DNA of 64,000 nucleotides. Source: Asterias rubens. Taxonomy: Eukaryota. Positions 24,817-35,785 of the stretch are shown in pieces. The DNA is taken from positions 15,748,001 through 15,812,000 of the forward strand of contig NC_047069.1 in the NCBI RefSeq assembly GCF_902459465.1, read 5' to 3'. Under the pieces are notes generated by a model. It was not told the DNA's origin and did not search any database. It saw nothing but the letters and a program-made list of their open reading frames with translations. Each line of letters opens with the position of its first letter. The first letter of the stretch is position 1. Made by a program: the position numbers and the translations under genes.

Positions 24817-24929
24817 ATGCAAAAAATAGTTAATGGCCTGACGTTTCGACCCTAGCAGAGTCTTTCTCGAAGCCTTCGAGAAAGACTCTGCTAGGGTCGA
24901 AACGTCAGGCCATTAACTATTTTTTGCAT
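24817..24929. repeat. Perfect 113-bp palindrome (56-bp arms, 1-nt spacer); probable Penelope-like element inverted pseudo-LTR end
   Basis: atgcaaaaaatagttaatggcctgacgtttcgaccctagcagagtctttctcgaag-c-exact reverse complement; each arm contains GAGAAAGAC..GTCGAAACGTC. Confidence 0.75.
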
Positions 24930-25178
24930 TTGTACTCTCGGTCCATTTGGTTGGTAAGTTGTTTGCAACAGCTAGTTTTATTTTCTCAAAATTATTTATG
25001 TGACACTGTCTCTGTTTTTGCTTTGGTCTTACTGCTGGTCAATTTTCCCGAACTGGTCAAATGACTGAACTAACCAATAATTTAAAGATTAAAAAATAGG
25101 AAAACGGCCAACTGCAGTTGTTAAAATTTCAAGAAAAAGTTAGCTGCAGATGTCAAAAGAACTCGAGTACAGTGCCCC

Positions 25179-25564
25179 TTAAAGACAATAGAACTAATTG
25201 GTAATATTGTCAAAGACCAGTCTTCTCACTTGGTATATATATCTCAACATGTGCATAAAATAACAAACCTGTGAAAATTTGAGCTCAATCGGTCGTCGAA
25301 GTTGCGAGGTAATAATGAAAGAAAAAACACCCTTGTCACACGAAGTTGTGTGCTTTCAGATGCTTGACTTGGAGACCTCAAACTCTAATTCTGAGGTCTC
25401 AAAATCAAGTTCGTGGAAAATTACTTCTTTCTCAAAAATTACGTTACTTCAGAGAGAGCCGTTTCTCAAAATGTTTTAGAATTATCAACCTCTCCCCTTT
25501 ACCAAGTAAGGTTTTATGCTAATAATTATTTTGAGTAATTATCAATAGTGTCCACTGCCTTTAG
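25179..25564 (+). mobile_element. Kolobok-like MITE family A
   Basis: Full-length match to 15495-15882. Confidence 0.85.
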
Positions 25565-25750
25565 CCCAGTTACTGGGTCTAGTGCAATGCCGCCTAAAAG
25601 TGTTCAAAAAGTCAAACACTAACAAAGAAAACAATAGGCCCCCACACTTGTCTTGCTTTTATTAATTAACAACAGAATGTTTCTGTTAGCAACAGAGACT
25701 TGCCTTGGACTTACAAATAACCGATTCACTTTTTGCCTTCCAGATCGAAT

Positions 25751-28700
25751 ATGTTTCAGGAACCACTTCTGAAGTTTGTAGCTTTTGCCTTGCTCTGCAC
25801 CAGCATCAGTAACGCATTGGACAATGGACTTGCAAGAACACCACCTATGGGCTGGCTGACGTGGGAACGATTTCACTGCAATCAAAATTGTAAAAAGAAT
25901 CCAAAGACTTGTATCAGGTAGTTATAATTTAACTGTGTGCAATATTCATTTTGTTTCACTGTATTTAAAGGTAAAATATTTTGATTGACCTAGAAAACTC
26001 TGCTGTAAGGACAGTGGAAAAACAGCCATGCTAACATTTCCTTTCTGATTTCCTTTTCCCAAAAATTAAATTGGTGGACAAGAGGTGAAGGGCATCAAAC
26101 TCTAGCTCTTTTGTTTCTGAACAGAGTGTGGATTGAGTCCAAGCAGTGTCACTTATGTCCTTTATCCAGATATTCTAGTAAGAGATTGTAGTAGGATTAA
26201 AAGTGCACGTAAAAGAACCCAGAACACTAATCAAGGAATAGTATGGGTTCACCCCTGCGTTTCTGGCTCACATAGCAAGCACCCCCCCCCCCTTGTTTCC
26301 AAGTTTTCTTAAGGCTTGCAAGTTAAAGTGATTAAATTCACTTGTGAGACTTATCCTTGGTTTCTTCATTTTATCACTTGCTGATAAAATACATAATTTA
26401 ATGAATGGACACTCACAGCCGTTGTGGTGTCACCTTGGCTAGTTTTGTCATGTTGGGTGGGCTTTTAAAATCTTGTCCAGTTGTTCTTTTTGTGACCACA
26501 TGCACATTTCCTAGGTCGAGTGTTTTTTTGCAAAATGGCAGGGCACCCTTCTTCAACTAATCAGGTGCTATTGCGTAAAACAAAATAATCGGCACGCTGC
26601 ATCTGAGCTGGAACCTCACTTTGGTTCAGCTTCCAACCGCGTCAACACCAAATGACCAGAAATACAATATTAATGTCTCTAATACTACAACATTACAAAT
26701 TTTCTTTTTCACTTTTTCAGTGAATTTCGTTATAAACCTCCATTTTTATACAGTGAGAATTTAATGATGGAGAGGGATGGCTGATCGGATTAAAAATTCT
26801 CTTTTTAACTTGCTCACTGAGTTTCATTATAAAATCTCTGTTTTTAAACAGTGAGAATTTAATGATGGACATGGCAGATCGGATGGCAGCGGATGGATAC
26901 AGGGATGCTGGGTACGAGTACGTCAATCTGGATGATTGTTGGAGCGCTAAGGAACGCGACGCAGAGGGCAGGCTTCAAGGAGATCTAGAACGCTTCCCCA
27001 GTGGAATGAAAGCTCTCGCTGATTATGTAAGATTATGTCAAGCGTGTGATTTTGCAGGGTTTTCACAAAATCTTTTAAACCTCTCTGAATCCCTGGTTGG
27101 CACTTGTGTCACTCTGAACCATAATTGTTTCGTAAAAAGTTGGGAAGGTTGTGCATTCTGCTTTACCAACTAGGCTCCAAGTGGCTGATACCCATGCCTA
27201 CATTCTTACGAACTGTGAAGGGGGTAACCCGGTTTCAGCCCCAGGAGTGGGCAGCACTATGCCCCTGGTGAGAGTGGGTTTCTGGGTCAACAGCTCAAAT
27301 CAGTAAAGTGTAGCCCTCATCTTGAAGTCGCCATCTGGCCTTGTGATATAAGGCAATATCCTACTAAAAACAAATTAAAAAAAAGGGGGGGGGAATGTCT
27401 CTCATCAAGCTGTAATTAGACTTTCACGGGTTCAAATCCCACCTCAGTGATTTGCTTGTGGATTTATTTCACAGAACTAAGTGTATAGAGCTAATTTGTT
27501 TAAGGGTAAACACAAGTTATGTTGTTTATCCCAAACGCTTAAAAAACAAATAACATCTATTTAATTTAGACTTTGAAATAAATGTAAATGCTTCTCTTGT
27601 CTTTTAGATCCACAGCAGAGGTTTGAAGTTTGGTATCTATGGTGATTACGGGACCAAGACTTGTTCTGGTTTTCCAGGAAGTTGGGGTCATTTTGAGCTG
27701 GATGCGCAGACATTTGCTGACTGGGGCGTGGACATGCTCAAGTTAGACAGCTGCAGCTCTAATATAACTACATATAGTAAAGGTAAAAACAACAGTTGAT
27801 CATATCTTAATTTTATTCATTGCTCTAAATTTGGATATAACAGGTGTAGGAAAGAAACGATAAACAAAAGTAGTATCGCACCAAAAGCACATGGAACCTA
27901 CAGCTTTACTTCTCATTCTTCCGAAAGATGAAGCACTAGTGGTTAAATTTCTAGCTTAAGAAAGACAGGTACTCAAACCCACACTCTGCTGATCAGAAAC
28001 ATCAGGGCTTGAGTCCAGTGCACTTTGCTGTTTGGCCACAACACGCCAGAATAGAACGATATACTTTTCCTCAATAATGCTTAAGGCTGTGTTGATTATT
28101 ATTACAAAGATTGAATATTTGATTTTGGTGTTTTTTGTTTCTATATAGGCTACCCAGAGATGACCAGAGCATTGAATGCGACTGGAAGACCCATTCTATT
28201 CAACTGTAAATGGCCAAATGAATTACGACACTACGGCATGAAGGTAACGAGAGAACTAACAGAATTTTATTACTATACATGATGAAAATGCATTTATTTA
28301 ATTTTTTTGTTAAAGGGAAGGTACACGTTTGGTAATTACTCAAAACAAATATTAACTTAAAAACTGACTTGGTAGCAAGCATTGTAGAGCTGTTGATAGT
28401 ATCAAACATTGTGAGAAACGGCTCCCTCTGAAATGTTGAGAAAGGGGTAATTTCTCACTAAAATAATAAAAGACTTCTAGCCTGAAGTCTTTTATTCCTA
28501 TCTGAAAGCACACAAATTCGTCCAACAAGGGTGTTTTTTCTCTCATCATTTTCTCGCAACTTCGATGACCAATTTATTCTCAAATTTTCACAGGCTTGTT
28601 ATTTTATGCTTATGTTGGGATACACCAAGTGAGAAGACTGGTCTTTGACAATTACAAAACGTGTACCTTCCCTTTAAGTATTCAAGTTACTTATCTCCTA

Positions 28701-31700
28701 AAATTGATTTAAACTTCTTAGACAGAGTGGTACGGTACTTTTTTAAAACTAAATAGAACAATTAACAATCACTCCTTATGTCTCACACTCTTCAGTCTCC
28801 TGACCATGACTAGAGCAAGCTAGTCCAAACATTGAGAGCAATTAAGAACTCACTCCGCACAGTGAAGTTAACAGCGAAATGTCCCCTCAATCCACTAAGC
28901 GAAAGTAGTAGTCCCAGCTGATTCCTACTGTCGCCCAGGTAGTAGTTAATAAGTATGAAATTTCTTTTTTAGTACTTAGTAGCCTTTTGAATTTTGAAAT
29001 CTACTCCGCGAAAAAAGGAATAAAAAGAAAGACCTAGTTCCCAAAGAACCAAATTTACACAGTAGAAAGTAGATATTTCACGGAGAAACAATTAGAATCT
29101 AACTTTTGCTCCATGGATACACCCATGGTTTTAACGCACACCAAATATATTTGTATATGTTCTATATATACATTGATACCTCACCATGCAATGCCTCAAA
29201 AACTATACGCTCTTTATTTGAAACTGCAGATAAACTACACTCTGATTGCTGAGTACTGTAACACATGGAGAGCTTATATGGATATACATGAGACATGGTC
29301 GTCTGTTCTTTCTATCATTGATTACTTTATACTGAGTCAAGATGCAATGATACCTGTTTCAAGACCAGGCAGTTTCAATGACCCGGACATGGTTAGTCAA
29401 TATGAGAAAGCTTCATATTAAGAAAGCATTGAGGATCTTAAGAAGTCAAAATTTACATCTTATGCTTTGTAATTTAAACCATTGGTTTTACGTCCAAAAG
29501 GAAACACTTTTTATTGGGGAAGCTTAAAGACACTGGACACTTTTGGTAATTGTCAAAGACCAGTCTTCTCACTTGGTGCACAAAACAACGTACCTGTGAA
29601 AATTTGAACTCAATTGCTCGACAAAGTTGCGAGATAATAATGGAAGAAAAAACACCCTTATCATACGAAGTTGTGTGCTTTCAGATGCTTGATTTGGAGA
29701 CCTCAAAATTTGTTTGAGACCTCAAAATCTAACTCAAAATCGAAATCAAATATTTTAGTGGAAAACTACTTCTTTCTCGAAAACAATGTTACTTCAGAGG
29801 GAGCCGTTTCTCACAATGTTTTATATTATCAACAGCTCTCCTTTAATCGTTAACAAGTAAGTTTTGATGCTAACAATTGTTTTGAGTAATAACCAATAGT
29901 TTCCAGTGCCTTTAAAGGTAAGCCTTTTTTACAACCATCTTCATTGAGTGTAGCTTACAGAGCACTGAGGACGGCTAACTACTTTGGGCTCACATTTCAA
30001 TGCATCAAAAATTCTAATGAAATTGGAAATTTTGGAGCGGGAAATTTAGAGGATATAATTGATTCTTAGTTTCAACTTGAAATGAAGCAGGGGTAATTGT
30101 GGTGTGCTTTGGCCGAATGTTCAAGCGCACTGGACCAGAGCTCTGGTATTTTTTATCAGAAGAGTGTGGGTTTGAGTCTGGTATTGACACTTAAGCAAGA
30201 CACTTGACTGTTATCACGTATGTTGTGTAATGCATCTAAAAGAACCAAGCACACTTGTCGTTAAGAGATGGGGTTTGCCCCACTGTTTTCTAGCATGTGT
30301 GGCGGCATTAAAGGAATATTACAGAATTGGTTTTTGCTAACAAAACAGTTGCTGTCACTTTATGTAATCCACCATATACATAAACTGACAAACCTGTAGA
30401 AGTTTGAGATCGATCGGTCATCTGGGCCACAAGAGAATAGTGAAAAACAGATTACAAAATTTGCATTGCATCGATGCCAAAATAAAAATGAATTAAACGC
30501 TCACTGAGCGATAAACTCCAAACGCGAAGTTGGATTATTTATTTCTATCAAATTATGACATTTTAGACAGAAATATTTCAAGGGATGTTTTGAACTATCA
30601 TCATCATTAGACCGTGTAAGTTTTATTTAAATCTGTGATCTTCACGTTTTTTTTTTTTTTTACCAATTCTGTAATGTTCCTTTAAAGACACTGGACACTA
30701 TTGGTAATTGTCAAAGACTAGTCTTCTCAGTTGGTGTATCTCAATGTATGCATCAAATAACAAACCAGTGAAAATTCGAGCTCAATCGGTTGTCGAAGTT
30801 GCGAGATATTAATGAAAGAAAAAACACCCTTGTCACACGAAGTTGTGTGCTTTCAGATCCTTGATCTCGAGACCTCAAATTCTAAATCCGAGGTCTCGAA
30901 ATCAAATTCATGGACAATTACTTCTTTCTTGAAAACTACGTCACTTCAGAGGGGGCTGTTTCTCACAATGTTTTATACTATCAACCTCTCCCCATTACTC
31001 GTAATCAAGAAAGGTTTTCTGATAATAGTTATTTTGAGTAATTACCAATAGTGTCCACTGCCTTTAAGTGTGCGCCACAGCACTTTGTAAACAGTTACAA
31101 GGTGTAAACACAAAATTGTACAAAGGTTCTTATAATTCCAAACACAGCTCCTCTGCATACATGTAGAAATTATTTTGAGCACTTTGAGACTCCAGTCCAG
31201 TGTGAAAAGTGCTATATAAATGCTTTATAAGAACTGCGTATAATTACTACTATTATAATAATTAATTGATTTGTTGTTGACAGCTTGTTGTTGGAGACAA
31301 TGGTCTGACAGTCAACCAGTCCCAGGCCCATTTTGCAATGTGGTCAATCTTGGCTGCTCCGCTGTTAATGGCAAATGATCTTCGGAATATCTCGACTCAG
31401 TCTCGAGAGATTTTACTCAACAAGGAAGTGATAGCTGTCAATCAAGATCCTCTTGGTGCAATGGGAAAACTTGTGCTCAGGGTAAGAAAGTCAAACATTA
31501 ATTTCTATATGCATCTTCTGATCAGCAACTTTTTTCTTTCAACGGATTTTTTAAAAACATTATTTGAGTTTACTTAGGGCAAAGTTCTATGATGTGTGAT
31601 TTATTACACATGAGTTTGTACCCTCCGTTGGTTTTGATCTCTATAAATTTTTGTATAAAATTGTGAATTGACTGAATTAATGTTTAGTATCGGGATACAA

Positions 31701-32555
31701 AATATTATTTGTTTTTACCCCATTCTATGATGTGTGTGAAAATGCTCCACTCAGAATACGCACACACTCATTCAACCAATAGAATGTGTTCTCTTTGCGT
31801 CGTGATCGTTTTGGTTTCGTTATCGCTGCAGTGTGACTCTGCCTTAAGCACCTTCCTGTCTACTCAGTACTTTCCTGAGTTCTGGGAAAGAAAATCCCAA
31901 GGCATTTGATTGAATTACATCACGTTCAAAATCACAAAAAATCACAAAAATTATTTTGAAATTCTATCTGCAGAACTTTTTAATCAATATGTAAGGTTGA
32001 CAGATGAAAATGTAAAATTTCTAAATGAATATTTCAGAAGAGGGTTCCTTTTTAAAGTAAAATTTGAATATAAGAATAATGCTGACACAAATGTAAATGA
32101 GGTACAATTATTTCCTTTTCATTCATTTCACTTCTTAAAACTAAAAAGAAATTAGAAAGATAAATCATTGCAAAACTGTAAAATTTCTAATTGAATAATT
32201 CAGAGGAGGGTACATTTCTAAAGTTTGGTTTGATTGTGAAGAATCCTGTAGACACAAATGTAAATGAGCTCCAATTATTTCCTTTTCATTTATTTCACCT
32301 CAGATTGGATCAGCAGTTGATGTGTGGGTGAAGCCACTCTCTGAGAAACAACAGTCAGCCATTGTGTTTCTAAACCGGTTACCATCACCTACAACGGTGT
32401 CCGTCTCTTTGCAACAACTGGCTGTGAAATGCTTTGATAAGTGCTTCCTGAGGGATATCATACAACACACTAACATCGGTTACAGGGAGACAGGGAAACC
32501 GTATGACTACTGGATACCGGGCACTGGGGCTTTGATGTTTCATGTGCAACCTTGA
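25751..32555 (+). CDS. Divergent GH27 alpha-galactosidase/NAGA-family gene 3, complete (407 aa)
   Basis: Exons 25751-25917, 26852-27026 (175), 27608-27782 (175, MLKLDSC), 28149-28243 (95, FNCKWPNE), 29230-29391 (162, [11 protein letters not shown]), 31284-31481 (198), 32304-32555 (TGA). GT-AG with consistent phases. Signal peptide followed by [13 protein letters not shown]. Confidence 0.94.
28310..28677 (-). mobile_element. Kolobok-like MITE family A, variant termini
   Basis: TTAA|AGGGAAGGTACACGTTT...AAACGTGTACCTTCCCT|TTAA with the family A interior in reverse. Confidence 0.85.
29524..29915 (+). mobile_element. Kolobok-like MITE family A
   Basis: TTAA-flanked full-length copy. Confidence 0.85.
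30308..30685. mobile_element. Kolobok-like MITE family B
   Basis: TTAA|AGGAATATTACAGAATTGG...CCAATTCTGTAATGTTCCT|TTAA; shares its right TTAA with the next family A copy. Confidence 0.8.
30682..31067 (+). mobile_element. Kolobok-like MITE family A
   Basis: TTAA-flanked full-length copy. Confidence 0.85.
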
Positions 32556-33519
32556 TATCACTGATAGAAATCGACGAGACCCAAACCTATCAAAATTGGG
32601 ATATTTCTATCCTTGCTAAGATGTTCAATTTTCTTCGTTCAATTCAGAAACTTTATTAGAGTTAAAGGCTTGAATTGAGCCTTTTTGTTTTCAAACAATT
32701 TCTAGTCCATGAGAGGGGGGGGAAGGGCATCCCTCATCAGACTCCCCCCCCCCTGCATCACTGCGTGACAGGCGGCACTTACAGGCCACTGACATTATTT
32801 CTTTTATATTCATCCCCCCAGAATGAAATCAAAACTTTTCTGGCTACCTCGACCCAATTTCAAAAAGCATGTAAAGCATAAAAACTTGCTAAGCTTATCA
32901 AAATTTGATCTAACAGAAACTGGTTCCCTGCCAAAATTCCATAAAAAATTACACTGTGCCCCACTCATTTTTTGCTCCGCAAAGAAAATTTACTAAGCGT
33001 TTATGAAATTGGGCCATAAACGATATACATTCCAGGATCTTTCATCAACATTCTTTATTAGAGTAAATAAATTATATGTCTATAAATGATAACTGATGTT
33101 TTTTAACAGGGTACTTCTTCCTATGCAAGTCACTTTTTAGTGTTGTATTCCAGATGCTTTACAAACTTACCAAATCGTCTAGATAAATTGTTAAAGTGTA
33201 AATTTCTTTTTTTGGTAAGTAAGAATACTTTTTTTTTTAAGAAAAATAAATAGTTAGAGCCTAGGAGAGCGGCAGATAAATTTGGAGCTATCATATAGAA
33301 CCAATGCAGTGAAGCACTTTGTATTTAATTTTTTATATTACATTTTTTTGGCACATTTAAATAAAAATGTTGAACTTAAAACCTTTGTATATTTTGGCGA
33401 GAAATAAATATTTTATAAGTGTATTTTAAATAATTTCTTTGTGTGTAAGATGTGATTGATTGACTCTGTTTTTGAAGTGCATTCATCTTCATCTGAATTT
33501 TCTTATTAACCTTTGCAAA

Positions 33520-33790
33520 GCGCAAATCCAGACCCTAACCTAGCCCTATATAGGACTCTTCATTGTGCTGTTCACTACGAAAGTGTTCACTACGAAAGGC
33601 TGCCAGGGCCAACCCTACTCCTAGAACTATGCAGTTTCGTTACGGGAGACGATAGCGGAACGAAACCGCATAGTTCTAGGAGTAGGCTAACCCTAACCCA
33701 GTCCTGACCCTAACCCCAACCCTATCTGACCCTACAGGCTATATATTCTTGCTCTATAGGCCTAAGCCCCAAGCCTAAACCCCAAGCCAA
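33520..33790. repeat. Degenerate CCCTAA-rich repeat flanking a 28-bp-arm hairpin
   Basis: Arms 33614-33641 and 33659-33686 (1 mismatch); ccctaaccc motifs on both sides. Confidence 0.65.
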
Positions 33791-33881
33791 TTCCAAGCTT
33801 GTATGCTGAGTTTTAGAAAAGGCAAGGGTACCCTGAAGAAATTGTAGATTTCTGCTATGGAGCTACCGAGGCAATGACCAG

Positions 33882-34125
33882 GGTCCAATTTCATAGAGCT
33901 GCTAAGCACAAAAATTTGCTTAGCATGAAATCTTTTCCTTGATAAAAAAGGATTGCCAACCGGATTTCCATTTGTTGCATATTGCTTGTTACTGGTATTC
34001 AGCTGATGTTTGCAGATTCCTGAAAATCATGTGGAAATTTCGTTGGTAATCCGGTTTTTATCGAGGCAGAAATTTTATGCTAAGCAATTTTTTTTGCTTA
34101 GCTAGCAGCTCTATGAAATCGGGCC
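33882..34125. mobile_element. PIF/Harbinger-like MITE
   Basis: TIR GG(T/C)CC(A/G)ATTTCATAGAGCTGCTA with CAG direct repeats; a related copy lies at 13570-13798, about 60 nt upstream of the 7b acceptor. Confidence 0.65.
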
Positions 34126-34615
34126 CAGGGGGCCACGGAGGCAATCGCCTCTGTTTGCATCCGTGAAGAATCGAAGAATCGGGCCTGCAATTCTACAATG
34201 TCCAATAGAAATTTTTGCAATATAATATGAGAGGCGTTGAAGTTGAACTTATGATATACCCCGCCTCAAGTGTTGATAAAAAAAGACAGCGCAACCTCCA
34301 TGAAATAACTTTACGTTGGTCACTAAAAGTTCATTGCCCCTTTTCAAAGTTCGTTGCTCCTGTATAAACTTTGTTTTCATTGAGGTAAACTTGGCCAAAG
34401 GGTGGCGCCCTCCCTATATTTTTTTAGACGACATACATGGCGGAGTTCGTACGTACGGTAACTTTGTTGAGGATCGTTGGAAAAAAACAGGTTAGCAAAC
34501 ATAGAAAATGATTTTATTGCAGGTATTGTTGTGCAGGGGTCGTTAGGAAAAATATTTCTATCTGCCGAGTCGAGTGCTGGTGTCGTGCCAAAAAGTGCCT
34601 GCTACTATCCTCAAT

Positions 34616-34960
34616 GGATAACTTTCCGTATGGCGCCACCACTTTTTCACTCATTTTTACAAAAAGCAAAAGGGATATCTCATATTGTGGTAAATTAGAT
34701 ACTATATTAATTATTTCATATCGAATGAAAAAATGGTGGCGCCATTCGGAAATTTTTCCGGTCTAGCTCACAAGCAGCAATGATGAGTCTTTTTTACTTT
34801 CACTTTGTTGTTTGTACAAACGTACTCCGGATAACTTTCCGTATGGCGCCACCACTTTTTCACAAATTTTTACAAAAAGGGATATCTTATTGAGGTAAAT
34901 TAGATACTGTATTATTTCATATCGTATGAAAAAGTGGTGGCGCCATACGGAAAGTTATCC
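34616..34960. mobile_element. Two ~135-bp MITEs (34616-34759, 34829-34960); a third copy is at 50425-50556
   Basis: 34-bp TIR GGATAACTTTCCGTATGGCGCCACCACTTTTTCA. Confidence 0.8.
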
Positions 34961-35137
34961 GAAACTTTTCCCATTCAATTAATCAGAATCTCTTATGACA
35001 TTCATTTACTAAATCTTAATTTCATCGTCGCCACCAACTTCCGGCACTTTTTTTTTTTTTTTTTTTTTTTTTTTGTGCACCTGAGGAGGTTTTCAATCGA
35101 TTGGGCTAGGATGAAAAAGTGGTTTTTATAGGGGATC

Positions 35138-35184
<47 letters not shown>

Positions 35185-35349
35185 CTATAAAATTTATGTA
35201 AAAAAACACCCCGTGATTTGTCTACAGGTCCCGTTTCTCCCTTCTCTCCTCGATCCTGCCTTCTCTCTCATCCAGTCTCCATGTATCTCTATCTGGTGTC
35301 TATGCTGGAAGAAATGGATAGTTAGTAATCATTGAAATAATGTAATGCA

Positions 35350-35434
35350 GTACCGGGAGTCGAACCTGTAAAGCAGAGTTAACAAGTTACTATACATTCA
35401 ATAGTCCATAGCCTAACCCACCGGGCTACGAGGC
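35350..35434 (-). other. tRNA-like Pol III cassette (pseudo-tRNA or SINE head) inside the Merlin 5' region
   Basis: A-box TAGCCCGGTGG (35428-35418) and B-box GGTTCGACTCC (35366-35356); no proper cloverleaf. Confidence 0.5.
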
Positions 35435-35785
35435 GTTGATACCAAATTTAGTTGTCTGTCCTAGATGTGTTTGCCATTACCTGGGTCAATAAAGGTCATA
35501 ATGAATATGTAATTTAAATGAATATTAAAATAAGCTGTGATTGTCCAGTGCTTTGCATAAGTTGAATATTCATACCGTCCTGAATGACGAACTCCTTCAC
35601 GCATCAGTCACGTGAAAGGTTATTTTGGATTGTTCCACTAGTATGAGTCCCGAGGGGAGTTCCACCGAGGACGCACGTAATCACCAAGAGTAATTATTTA
35701 GAAAGTCTCCCAATTGTTCTGTTGGGCTATATAAGGAAGCTCTTGAAGTCTTGAAGTCATCTTGTCATGCTTTCTAAGTTGAAAC

